A stretch of DNA of 64,000 nt from Dictyostelium discoideum (lineage: Eukaryota), in NCBI GenBank assembly GCA_000004695.1, contig CM000150.2, positions 192,001 to 256,000 of the forward strand. The letters run 5' to 3'. A model generated the notes under the pieces. It had not been told where the DNA came from. It was given only the letters and a program-made list of their open reading frames with translations, and made no database searches. Of this stretch, positions 25,763 through 44,991 are shown piece by piece. The first letter of the stretch is position 1, and each line of letters opens with the position of its first letter. The position numbers were made by a program, and so were the translations under genes.

Positions 25763-26365
25763 ATGGATCTAAATAAAAAAGAAAATAACCAAGCAGATGA
25801 TGAAAAAGGAGACATTAATAATTTAGATATCTCAAATAAAATAGTAAATAAAGATGAATTAGAATCAACAATATTGAAAAACGATATTGGAGCAAACACA
25901 GAAAATAATACAATACTAGAGGAACAAGATTTTAAAATTCCACAAACTCCAAAGAAAGTGGAGGATAAACAATACTTAAAATCAATGATCTCAACTGTTT
26001 TTGAAAGTGATAAAGATGACAATGAAAAAGCTAATCAATTAATGAATCAACTATTAAAAAGTAGCACTAATTTCAATGAAAATGATACTCTCTTTAATGA
26101 AAATGATGATCATGATGATCCAAACAAAAAAAGAAAATTTTTTAACAAAATAAATGTAAATCAAAATAATCAAAATAATAATAATAATATTAATAATGGT
26201 GATGATAACGACGATGATCATGACCATAATAATAACAGAGAAAAAAAGAAACCAAATACCCTTAAATATGATGAAGATGATGAATTTGATTCAATTTTAA
26301 TAGAAAAAAAGAAAGAGTCTGAAACTATAAACAAAAATAAAAAAAAGGAAAAATTTAAATTTTGA
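25763..26365 (+). CDS. Hypothetical acidic low-complexity protein (200 aa)
   Basis: Single ORF with D/E/N/K-rich composition and no recognised domain. It may have unrecognised upstream exons. Confidence 0.35.
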   Translation: MDLNKKENNQADDEKGDINNLDISNKIVNKDELESTILKNDIGANTENNTILEEQDFKIPQTPKKVEDKQYLKSMISTVFESDKDDNEKANQLMNQLLKSSTNFNENDTLFNENDDHDDPNKKRKFFNKINVNQNNQNNNNNINNGDDNDDDHDHNNNREKKKPNTLKYDEDDEFDSILIEKKKESETINKNKKKEKFKF

Positions 26366-26593
26366 TTAAAGGAATATTTATACATTTATTTTTTTTTTTT
26401 TTCTTTAAGTTTTTTATTCTAATGAAAAATAAACTTTTAAAAAAATAAATTTTATTTAAAATTTTTAATATTTAAATTGCGGAAGATCAAGATTTGAATT
26501 ATCAAAAATAATTGAAGTGTTCATTTTTTTTTTTTTTTCACTTTTCATTTTTTTGAAAAAATATCAAGAAATGTTTCTAATAATGATATCTAG

Positions 26594-26631
<38 letters not shown>

Positions 26632-26813
26632 TTTTTTTTTCACTTTTCATTTTTTTATTTTTTTTTTTTATTTTTTTTTTCAATCGTCAAAAAAAATAGC
26701 GGAATAAACTTTATTTATTAGATTTGTACAATAAGCATATATTATAGATAACTGTACCATTAAAATATAAAATATAAAAAATTTTTTAAAAAAAAAAAAA
26801 TAAAATAAACTTT

Positions 26814-26856
<43 letters not shown>

Positions 26857-26912
26857 AAAATAAAACTTTTAAAAAAAAAAAAAAAAAAACCAAAAAATAC
26901 ATATATATATTA

Positions 26913-33973
<7,061 letters not shown>

Positions 33974-34229
33974 AATTCAAACACTATATATAATAATTTA
34001 TTATTTATTAATTTTTTTTAATTTTTTTTTCCATTTTCCAAAATTTTAATTATATTTTTTATATTCTTATTTTGTTTAATACATAAAATAAATATTTAAA
34101 CTACTTAATTAATTATTTTAATTATAAATTTTATTTTCTTATTTTGTTTCAACACATAAAATTAATATTTTTTTTTTTTAAAATTTTTTTTTTTTTTTTA
34201 TTATTTTTTTTTTTTTCTTATCATCCTTT

Positions 34230-34265
<36 letters not shown>

Positions 34266-34282
34266 AAACAGCTTATTAAAAA

Positions 34283-35085
34283 ATGAATAAAAAAAAAATA
34301 ATACTTAGTGGGTTTGGTACATTCTGTGGTGTATCAGATAATCCAAGCTCACAATTAATGAATGAGATAAAAACATACATTAATGGTATTCCAAATAAAG
34401 ATGTATAGTTTTTTTAAATTGCTTTATTTTTATTTTATTAAAAATATAATTTTACTAAGCAAAGTTTTTTTTCTTTATTTCTAACGACTAAGTAGGAATT
34501 AAGATTTGAAATTATAGATATAAATGTTATAAAAGTATCAGGAAATGGTGTAAAAGATTATTTAAATCAAATAGAAACAAATTATTTAAAAACATCAAAG
34601 GATGATATACCAATTTTAATTCATTTTGGTGTTTCAAGCTCAGAAACTAATAATAGACTTGAAAGATATGGTTGGAATATGGCTGATTTTAGATGTGATG
34701 ATGAAGATATGTGGAAACCACAAAATGAACCAATTGATTCAAATGATTCGAGTGATAAATATGAAACTACTCTTCCAATAAATGATTTAGTTGAGAAACT
34801 TTCAAATAGTAACTATAAAGTAACACCTTCCATTGACCCTGGAAGATTTGTTTGTAATTATTTATAGTATGTATAAATCATATAAGATTTATATTAAAAT
34901 AAAATAGTTGGAAAGTTTAAATACTAAAATTTACCTTACTCTTTTCAAATAGCTTTTTATCATTAAGATTATCAAAATTTTATAATACAAAATCTTTATT
35001 TGTTCATATCCCATTATTTGGTGTTATCGATAAAGAAACACAATTAAATTTCATAATAGATTTATTAAATTCAATTTCAAAATAA
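34283..35085 (+). CDS. Pyroglutamyl-peptidase I (pyrrolidone-carboxylate peptidase, MEROPS C15): exons 34283-34402, 34496-34866, 34953-35085
   Basis: MNKKKIILSGFGTFCGVSDNPS (the FG.F..NPS start of C15) and GRFVCNYLYF...FVHIPLFG (catalytic Cys region and HVP motif). Introns are 34403-34495 (GTATAG...agtag) and 34867-34952 (GTATGT...caaatag). Phases check and the total is 624 nt. Confidence 0.8.
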
Positions 35086-35164
35086 ATAAATTTCTCTATT
35101 TATATATATATATTTGTAATTTTTTTTTTATATTTTTTTTTTTTTTTTTATTTTTATTTTTAAT

Positions 35165-36352
35165 TTAAGCCATTGGTGTTCCACCAGCAGCAGAATCAGA
35201 GGTATGAACCAACCAACCCCATTGTTGCATACAAAATGATAAAAAGTTAACGGCAAAGAAAGCAATGAAAGCAATAAAAGTATAAGGAATGTCAGCATCT
35301 TTTGATATTCTTCTTTTGTATCTTTCATCTGATTCGATCATGTCATGAGAAGGTTTGATTGCATATGCTAATAAATGATCCTCAGCTGAATCTGATTGAA
35401 TGTTTAAGTCGTCTTTGGACATTTTATTCATTGATTGTCTTAAAACTCTCCAACCGTCTAAAGGACTTTTACCAACTCTAAATAATAAAAACAATACCAA
35501 AACTTGGAATGAAGCACCCCAAATAAACCAAACCCACAAGTTATTTGAATCATTTGGTGAATAGATTAAAGCTGGATCCAATTGTAATGCTATTGCTGAT
35601 AAAATCCATTGCATTAAAATATCGACTGCAATAAACCATTGTGGTACTCTTGTAGAGTAAAAATGTAATATAAAACCAATTGATGTTCCTGTAACCACTT
35701 GTCCAATTGTATGGAATCCTAAAATTGTACGTTCAAAACAAACACAAATCATTACGCATACACCCAATACTCTTGCTAATTTTGGATAAAATGGTGCTTT
35801 ATCAATTAAAAATGCACCTAAAATACCTCCTGCCATTGCATCACCTGATGGCACTATATATTTTTTATAAATAAATTAATTAGTAAAAAATGTTTAGAAA
35901 AAAAAAAAAAAAAAAAAAATAAAAAAAATAAAAAAAAAAATAAAAAATTTATAATTAAAAATCAGTAACATACTTCCATAAATACTACCAACTGGTGCAC
36001 CATCACAAAAACAAGGTCTTCTTTGTCTAAAAACAGCATATAAACCAACACCCAATACTAATGGGTAAGCTGATCTATGTAACATATGAATTAAAATGAT
36101 TCTGAGTTGGCTATATTTATTTTTGAGTGCTGGATATACTGCTGGTGAATTACTGAGTAAAAGTATTGCTGGTAAAAGGAATAAAATAGTAGTGGTAGAG
36201 ATGGCAACTGTTCTTGGATTAACAAATTGCATAATAAAACTTGCCATCAATGGTAATACACTCTCATCATTCTTCCAACATTTATTCATAAACATATCAC
36301 CATTTACATTTGTACAATTTGCGCTATTTGCTGCATTTACCATACTAATCAT
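35165..36352 (-). CDS. PAP2-superfamily protein resembling dolichyl-diphosphatase (DOLPP1/Cwh8), with non-canonical catalytic motifs: exons 35974-36352 and 35165-35853
   Basis: The junction region LYAVFRQRRPCFCDGAPVGSIYGMPSGDAMAGG aligns with human DOLPP1 [27 protein letters not shown]. Motif 3 is ERTILGFHTIGQVVTG, against SRxxxxxHxxxQ. The intron 35854-35973 (GTATGT...tatatag) is phase 1. There are multiple TM helices, and the total is 1068 nt. Confidence 0.65.
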
Positions 36353-36989
36353 AACAAACAATTAAATTAATTTATTTATAATTTTTTTGATTATTAAATA
36401 AGAAAAATAAAATTATTTAATTAATTCACAATTCCAACTTTTACTACTAATTAATTATTACCACTATTATTATTCCAATGTCACTGCTCCTATTCCTATT
36501 TATACTATTATATTATTTTAATACATACCTTAAAAATGTTAAAAAAGCTAAAATTATAAATAATAACTTCATTTTATACTAACTTTAAGGTTTTTTTTTT
36601 TTTTTTTTTTTATTTAAATATTATATATGCTTTTATTTTCTTTTTCTTTTTTTTAATATATAAAATTTATTTTATTGTATATTTTTTTAAAATAAAAAAA
36701 AAAAAAAAAAGAAAAAAAAATTAATAATATAACGTATATTTAAATATTACAGTATATATGTACACTATATATTTGTCGAAACTTTTTTAGATTTTTTTTT
36801 TATTTTTTTTTATTTTTTTTTTTTTTTTTAAAACATTCAAACGAATTGTCCAAAATAAAAATAAAAATAAAAATAAAAAAAAAATTAAAATTTAAAAAAA
36901 AAAAAACTGATTATAATTGATCAAAACTTATACTAAGGAGGGTATTTTTTTTTTTTTTTTTTTTTTTGTTGATTTTTTTTTATTATTTT

Positions 36990-37022
<33 letters not shown>

Positions 37023-37066
37023 CTTCTATTATTACAAATAAATAAGATTTTATAAGATCGAAAATA

Positions 37067-37113
<47 letters not shown>

Positions 37114-37144
37114 CAAAAAAAATGAATAAATAAAGCGACAAAGA

Positions 37145-38734
37145 TTAAACATTTCTTGCGGCTTGAATTAATGGTTTAAATTCAGAGGAATCACATGCCA
37201 AATCCATGAAAGGATGTTTTAAAAGATCGGTAGCATCAGGACGATTAGCAACATTGATATCGAGACATTTTGAGAAGAAATCTTGGAAAGTTTTACTCCA
37301 TTTGGTTGTTTCTTTAAGTGGTGGAATACCTTTAGTAGTGATGAGGAAAAGAGCACGCAATGGTGGGAAATCCATATAAGGTGGTTCACCTTCAGCCATT
37401 TCCATCATCATGATACCCAAAGACCAAATATCAACCTTGACACCATAATCGTGACCTCTAATGAGTTCTGGGGCCATCCAATAAGGGGTACCAACGACGG
37501 TATTACGTTTTTGTTGTTTTTGAGTTAATTGAGCGGCATAACCAAAATCAGCAATCTTTACACTACCCTCTGAGCCCAATAAAATATTATCACTCTTTAT
37601 ATCTCTATGAATACGATGAAGACTATGAATGTATTGCAATGCCTTCAAGGTCTCTTTAACCACATAAGCAATTTGAATCTCACTCATTTTGATATTATCA
37701 AATGCCTCTAAAATGTCTGTTAAACAACCACCACCCATAAACTCCATTGCAACCCAAAGTTCTCTATCGTTCACTATATAACTATCAATGTAATTTACAA
37801 TGTTATCATGATGTGATGTCTTCATAATTGCAATCTCTGTTACCAAGAGTTTGGCATTATCATTGTTAATTTCAATCTTTTTAATTGCAACTCTCTTATT
37901 GTTCTTTGATGATGTTGCTACAAATACTTCTCCTGCTGCACCTTCTCCAATCTTTGTCATATTTTTATAAATTTTAGTTGGATCTTCTTTTGTTACTAAA
38001 TCACCTATAGTATTTAAAAAAAAAAAAATAAAAAAAAATAAAAAATAAAGAAATAATAAAAGTGTGGTTAATATTAAAAATAAAATAAAATAAAAAAAAA
38101 ACAAAAATTAAATTATGTATGAAAAATAAAAAAAATATAAAAAAATAATAAACATAAATAAATAAATAAACATACTAAGAGTTAAATTTGATTCATCAGG
38201 AAGTGCAGATAAATTTTGAGAATTTGATTTTTCCATTGTTCTACCAGCTTGAAATTCTAAAACTGATAACCATTCACTTGGTTTATCGAGTACTTCTTGT
38301 TTTGAAACATTTGAAGACTTTAAGATAACTTCCCATTCTTTTGGTAAACCAGAGAAACCAGTTGCTGAATTGAAATCAACATGTACCTCATGTTTAAGAT
38401 TGAATGGTTGTGATACTGTGCTATATTCTGATCCTTTCTCAACTGCTTTCATCCAACTTGCCATTTCATCTGGTGTATTGGCTTGAATGAAAAATGTTTT
38501 ATTGATTCTTGGTGATACTAATTCGAAACAATTTGGTTTACCTAATGATTTATTTTCATAGCAACGTGACATTCTTAATGGCACCGCTCCAACTGGTCTC
38601 TCCTCTTTATCCTTAAAATAAAATAACATATCATTTTGAATAATAAACTTTCTTTTCTTCCAATTCTTTACTACATGTCCTTGTTTCTTTAATTCACCCT
38701 CTTTATCTGGTGATTTCCATAATGTTGGTGATAG
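37145..38734 (-). CDS. pakC: p21-activated protein kinase with PH and CRIB domains (PakC-like). Exons 38176-38734 and 37145-38004 were found; the start-codon exon was not
   Basis: PH domain GELKKQGHVVKNWKKRKFIIQNDMLFYF...ASWMKAVEKG, CRIB VSQPFNLKHEVHVDFNSATGFSGLP, and a PAK catalytic domain (GEGAAGEVFVA, HRDIKSDNILL, DFGYAA, GTPYWMAPE). The intron 38005-38175 (GTATGT...ctatag) is phase 1. The upstream exon is preceded by an in-frame TAG and an acceptor at 38735-38736, so a short 5' exon must exist but could not be placed. Length of about 472 aa matches the reported PakC size. Confidence 0.75.
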
Positions 38735-38797
38735 CTATATTAAAAAAAAAAAAAAAATAAAAAAAAAAAAAAAAACAAAATAATAATAAATTAGTAA

Positions 38798-38828
<31 letters not shown>

Positions 38829-39363
38829 TCTATTCCCATTTTATTTGAAACAAAAAAAAATAAAAAAATAAAAAAAAATAAAAAAATAAAAAAAAAACAA
38901 TGGAAAATAAAAAGATATTTACTTACATCTTATAATGAAATCATTTTTATATTGTTTATATAAAAAAATAAAAAAAAAATTGTTGTGTGGGAAAAAAAAA
39001 AAAGAGAAAAAAAAAAAAAACTAAAAAAAAAAAAAAAAAAATTTTTAAAAAAAAAATAAAAAAATAAATTAAAATATAAAATAAATATAAAAATCGGTTG
39101 GGTTTCATCTAATCTATAATTATCTTAAATTTGGATATTTTATTTTATTTTTTTTGTTTAAAATATTAAAAAAAAAAAAAATTTATATTTTTATATTTTT
39201 TGGTTTAATATATTTGAAGATATTTATTTATATATATATTTTTTTTTTTTTTTTTCCTTTAAACTAAAATAAAAAATTAAAAAAAAAAAAGAATTTACAT
39301 TATTACAACAAAAAAAAATGACAAATTAAATTTACACGCCAATTAAATAATTAGGATTTATAT

Positions 39364-40044
39364 TTAGTTTGATTCTTCGTTGTGATGGCTGAAATAATCG
39401 TTACCACCACCACCTGAAACACTTGAAGATACACCTGGATCTTGAGTTGGGGTGTATGAGGAAACACTTGATTGTGGACCTGATGAGGCACCAGTACGTC
39501 TGAAACCGTCTTGGTTACCACCGGCTGGTGCTTGTTTACCAGAGTCATTTGTTGGGGTATATGTGGAAACACTTGATTGTGGACCTGATGAGGCACCAGT
39601 ACGTCTGAAACCGTCTTGGTTACCACCTGCTGGTGCTTGTTTACCTGAATCGGTGGTTGGGGTATATGTGGAAACACTTGATTGTGGACCAGATGAGGCA
39701 CCTTGACGTCTGAAACCGTCATTGTTACCACCTGCTGGTGCTTGTTTACCTGAATCGGTGGTTGGGGTATATGTGGAAACACTTGATTGTGGACCTGATG
39801 AAGCACCTTGACGTCTGAAACCGTCATTGTTTGTACCTGCTGGTGCCTATTATCGTCAAAAAATAATGACCATTAGCAATTTGTAAAAAAAACAATAATC
39901 AAATATTCAAAATTTAATTATTATATCATTATTTTATGTTTACTATTATTATTTTTTTAAAAAAAAACTTACAGTTTTACCAATATCAACGGTTGGTTTG
40001 TGATTTGAAGTGCTTGAACCTGGACCTGCTAATGTTCTTCTCAT
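39364..40044 (-). CDS. Novel small protein (183 aa) with 35-aa tandem repeats: exons 39973-40044 and 39364-39846
   Basis: Exon 1 MRRTLAGPGSSTSNHKPTVDIGKT ends at a GTAAGT donor, and the intron 39847-39972 ends in ...gataatag. Exon 2 is about four repeats of APAGGNNDGFRRQGASSGPQSSVSTYTPTTDSGKQ and ends GVSSSVSGGGGNDYFSHHNEESN with a TAA stop. It uses C-ending codons (ACC, GGT, CGT, GAC, TTC, TCC) that are unusual for this genome. It is not in the ORF track because the frame starts at a splice acceptor. Confidence 0.55.
39447..39846. repeat. Tandem array of a 105-bp unit (about 3.8 copies, over 95% identical) forming the coding repeats of the gene above
   Basis: The anchor ggggtatatgtggaaacacttgattgtggacc recurs at 39554, 39659 and 39764, which is exactly 105 bp apart. 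G+C is near 50%, against about 22% locally. Confidence 0.9.
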
Positions 40045-40333
40045 TTTCTTTTATTGTATATATATATAGAGATAAATAAATAAATAATTTAAATAAATAA
40101 TTAAATTTTTGGTGATTGAAAAAAAAAAATAAAAAAATAAAAATGATTTTTTTTGGTGGTTAAAAAAAAAAAAAAAATAAAAAAAAATAAAAATAAAAAT
40201 AAAATAAAAAAATTTTTTTTTTTTTTCCAAATTTATTTGAAAATTTTTTTTTGGGATGGGTCAAATGGAATGCAGTATATTCTTATAAAAAATTTCATTA
40301 GTTTGTATTGGTATTCTTACTTTTTAAAAAAAC

Positions 40334-40374
<41 letters not shown>

Positions 40375-40661
40375 ATAACTTGAAAACGATTCATTATTTT
40401 TGGAAATACATAACAAAAAAAAAAAAATAATAATAAATAAAACAAAATACTTTATATATATAAATTTGTGGTTGATTTTGTTGTTTATGATTTATATATC
40501 TCTGAACTATAATTTATTTGGACAAAAATTTAATGAAATTTCAAAATATAAAAAAAATTAAATATATAATAATATTTATTTTAAATTAATTTAAATGAAA
40601 TTATTGTAAATTTCTTTTTTTGGTTTTTTCCTAGACACTAATCAAATTACCCAGTCCGCTA

Positions 40662-40692
<31 letters not shown>

Positions 40693-41586
40693 ATTGTTAA
40701 AATTATCTTTTTTATCTTTATTTTTATTTTTTAATTTTTTATTTTTTTTAATTTTTTATTTTTTTCCGATATTTTTATTATTTTTTATAGTTGCATATTT
40801 CTTGAGGTTTATTTAAAAGTTAAAGTGAATTATCTGTGTCTATTTTTTTTATTTTAAATAATAAAGAACAAAAAAGGAAAAAAAAAAAAAAAAAAATTTA
40901 AAATTTTGAAGATCTGGCACATATGGACCATATCTGTCAAAATCGATTTTGGTTTGTTCATGAATTAATTCAATGGGAATAAAAAAAAAAAAAAAAAAAA
41001 AAAAAATTGGTTTTATTTATTATTTTTTAGTTAATAAAATTAATTTTTTATTATTTTTTTTTTATTCCCATGGTGAATTATAATTTTTTAATGTACCAAA
41101 TTAATAAAGGAAGGAAAATTTCGAAATGAGTGTTTAAAAAAATTAAACAATGTTGTAATAAATTAGTCTTAAAAAAAAAAAAAAAAAAAGATTTTAAAGA
41201 TAAATTTTATAATTTTTTGTTTTGTTTTTAATTTTTTCCTCAAACATATGTTTTTTATTTATTTATTTTTTTTATTTTTTTTTAATTTTTTTTAATTTTT
41301 TTTATTTTTTTTTGAATTTTTTTGAATTTTTTTGAATTTTTTTGAATTTTTTTGAATTTTTTTGAATTTTTTTTTTTTTTATTTTTATTTTTTTTTTTTA
41401 TTTTTTTTATTTATAAATTTTTTTTTCCCAACAACACACCTTATTGGGTCCTCTTTTTTTATTTTTTTATTTTTTTTTATTTTTTTTATTTATTTATTAC
41501 TTTAAATTGAATAATTTATTTTATTTACATACATTCACTCTATTATAATTGATCTTTTGTTGAAAAAAAAAAAAAAAAAAGATAAG

Positions 41587-41798
41587 ATAAAATTAAATTA
41601 ATTAAATTAAATAAAATTAAATAAAATAAAATAAAATTAAATAAAATTAAATAAAATAAAATAAAATTAAATAAAATAAAACAAAATAAAATAAAACAAA
41701 ACAAAACAAAACAAAACAAAACAAACAAAATAAAATAAAACAAAACAAAACAAAACAAAACAAAACAAAACAAAACAAAACAAAACAAAACAAAATAA
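41587..41798. repeat. Compound (TAAAA)n/(CAAAA)n microsatellite immediately upstream of the start codon at 41800
   Basis: Pure pentanucleotide repeats aaataaaataaaat... then caaaacaaaac..., ending 2 bp before the ATG of the RRM gene. Confidence 0.85.
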
Positions 41799-41799
41799 C

Positions 41800-42788
41800 A
41801 TGAATAACAACCAAAATATGAATAGAAACTACAATAACAATCAAAATAATAGTAATAATAATACTAATAATAACGGCAATAGTAACCAAAATAATATGGG
41901 TATGAATATGAATATGAATATGAATATGAATATGAATATGAACAATAATAACAATATGAATGGAATGGGTGGAGGTAATAACATGATGATGAATAATGGG
42001 ATGAATAATTTTAATAATTCATCAAACTCTTTTATGTATAATAACAATAATACTAATATGAATGGCATGAATAATATGAATATGAATAATTTCAATGGTT
42101 ATAATAATAATAATAATAATAATAATAATTATAACGGATCTAATAACATGAATGGTGGAAATAATAATAATAATAATAATAATATGAATAACCATAATAA
42201 TAATAATATTAATAATAATAATAACTATAATAATAACAATAATAACAATAATAACAAAAAAGTTATACTCCCAAAAAATTTTACAAACCACGATGGCCCA
42301 ATTCTCATTAAGGATAATAATGGTAATGATTTCTTTAATTTACATGTATTTACACATTTTGAAAAAAAAAAAAAAAAAAAATGTTTAAAATGATAAATCA
42401 TTTTTACTTTCACAAAAAAAAAAAAAGAAAAAGATATGTTTGGTTTTTTTTTTTTTTTTTCTTCCTCTTTCTTTAAATGATCAACCATTTTTACTTTAAC
42501 AAAAAAAAAAAAAAAAAAAGATATTTTTTTTCTTTTTTTTTTTTATTATTTTTTTTTTATTTGTTTTGAATGATTGATTTGGATACAAACTTTTGAATGA
42601 AACATTTTTTTTTTATCATTTTTTTCAAAAATAAATTTATTTATTTATTTTTGTTTCAACCCATAAATACTAATCTTTTATTATAAAATAATTTATTCAC
42701 AATTTTTTTTTTTTCTACACTGACTTTGATTTTATATATCTTTAAATTGTCCCTTTTTTTTTTTTGATATCAAAAATAATAATTATTA

Positions 42789-42819
<31 letters not shown>

Positions 42820-44723
42820 TTTTTTTTTTTTGTTTTAGGTAAAGTTATAGGTGAAAAAGAAAAACTTGGTAGAACTCTTTTTGTTAGAAATGTTGCATAC
42901 TCCATTAAAGAAGTTGATATTCCTGCTATATTTGCAAAGATTGGTGAGATTAAAAAAACATTTTCTTTGTTAGAGTCAAGAGGTATTGCTTTTATTTCAT
43001 ATGTAAGGTTTTTTTTTTTTTTTTTTTTTTTTTTATTTTTTTTTATTTTTTTTATATATATCCCAGAATATATTTTTATTTACTAACCAATGTATTATTT
43101 TAATTTTCATTTACTAATCAGTATGATTTGAGAGATGCTGAAAGAGCAAAAAATGAAATACAAGGTACAACACTGGATGGTAGATCCATTGATATCCATT
43201 TTTCAATTCCAAAGGAGGAAAGTGGACTTGAGGACAATGCCGGTTTTATTCATGTCAAAAATCGTGATGTTCCTTTGAATGAGGTCAGAATTTTCTTTTC
43301 TAGCTATGGTGACATTAAGGATGTTACAGAGTTTAATCGTGATCAAGTGTGAGTAATCAAATAATAATAATAATAACAACACCACCACCAAAAGTATATT
43401 GAGTTTTTACTAATATTAGGTATATTTATATATTTATTTGTAGACTTGTTGAGTTTTATGATTTAAGAGCATGTGAAAAAGCATTGGCAGAGGCCAATGG
43501 GGTGAAATTAGGTGACCAAACATTAGATTTGGACTATTACACTCCAAAGGAAATACCAGCTATCATTGATGCATATGAGGGTAGAAAACAAAACAATAAC
43601 AATAGTAACAACAGCAACAACAATAATAGAGGTGGAATGAATAATCGTAATAACTATAACCGTAGAGATAATAATAACAACAACAACAACAACAACAACA
43701 ATGACGATAGTGATAATAGAAAGAGAAATAATATGGGAGGAAACTTTAATAATAACAATAGAGGAATGGATTTTAATAAAAGCGGCCCAATTAGAAATGT
43801 TTATCAAACTGATAGAAATCCAGATTACAGAAGACGTGATGATAACAATTATAATAATAGTAATAGTAATAACAACAACTCTCGTAAGTATACAGATTCA
43901 GGTGACAAAAGTTACAAAAGTGAGTGATGAATTTTGATTAAAAAAAAAAAAAATTTCTCTTCTCTCTTTAACCATTTTGAGAATTACAATTAAATGTATG
44001 TATTTTCATTACAAAATTTATTAACCATATCTTTATTTTTCAGGTAATCAAAATAACTACAGTAACAGTGTGAATAACTATAATAATAATAATAATAATA
44101 ATAATAGTAACAATAATAACAATAATAATAATAATAGCCACAACAATATGAACCAAAACAGTTATTACAATGATAATAGTGGAGGTGGTATTTACAATAA
44201 TATGAATAGCAATTTCAATAGTAATAATAATAATAATAATAATAATAGTGGTAGTAATAGTAATACTAATGGTGGGTGGAATAATAATAATAGTAATAGT
44301 AATAATATGAACAATATGAATATGAATAATAATATGAATAATAATATGAATAATAATATGAATAATAATATGAATAATAATATGAATAATAACATGAACA
44401 ACATGAACAAAAATATGAACAACAACAACAACAATATGAACAATAACAACAACAATAACAACATGAACAATAGCAACAACATGGGCTACGGAAATAGCAA
44501 TAATAGTAATTATAATTTTAACTATAATAATATATCTAATCCCTCTAATAATTTTAATAACAATAATTATAATAATTCATTCATAAACTATTCAGAGCCA
44601 AGTTTCCCTAATGATGGCGCAAGCCCAGAAATCTTGGCAAATATATCTCAACTAGCCCAAACTTTGAAAATTCCATTCCAATGGAACGCAAATAATATTA
44701 GTAGCAATGTACAAAATAAATAA
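41800..44723 (+). CDS. RNA-binding protein with two RRMs in a Mei2-like arrangement and N/M/Q-rich low-complexity regions: exons 41800-42322, 42839-43002, 43122-43348, 43444-43919, 44044-44723
   Basis: RRM1 runs RTLFVRNVAYSIKEVDIPAIFAKIGEIKKTFSLLESRGIAFISYYDLRDAERAKNEIQGTTLDGRSIDIHFSIPK, with RNP2 LFVRNV and RNP1 RGIAFISY. RRM2 runs GFIHVKNRDVPLNEVRIFFSSYGDIKDVTEFNRDQVLVEFYDLRACEKALAEANGVKLGDQTLDLDY. All four introns have GT donors (GTAATG, GTAAGG, GTGAGT, GTGAGT) and are phase-consistent, and the total is 2070 nt. Exon 1 contains an (ATGAAT)n tract reading MNMNMN. No Mei2-type C-terminal RRM3 was found. Confidence 0.7.
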
Positions 44724-44907
44724 GATTTCCTGTTCTCTCTCTTTCTCTCTTCAAACAATTACAACAAATTAATAAACTTTAAAAATTTTAATACACATTT
44801 TTTTTTTTTTTTTTTTTTTAATAAATAATATTTATGTTTATGTTTTTATTTTTATTTTTATTTTCCTTGTATTTGTATTTTTATTTTCCTTTGTATTTGT
44901 ATTTTTG

Positions 44908-44987
<80 letters not shown>

Positions 44988-44991
44988 TTAA

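Noticed and set aside
39452-39706. Plus-strand 84-aa ORF (MYEETLDCGPDEAPVRLKPSWLPPAGAC...) and the minus-frame 158-aa ORF (39351-39827) over the tandem repeats
   Set aside because: These are alternative frames of the 105-bp repeats. The minus frame beginning at the acceptor at 39846 has a GTAAGT-spliced ATG exon and a clean unique C-terminus with a stop, whereas these frames start with non-ATG codons and lack splice support.
41543-42488. Minus-strand ORFs rich in F/L/I (41543-41889, 41841-42095, 42022-42291, 42225-42488)
   Set aside because: They are antisense to pentanucleotide and AAT-repeat sequence of the RRM gene exon 1 and its 5' region.
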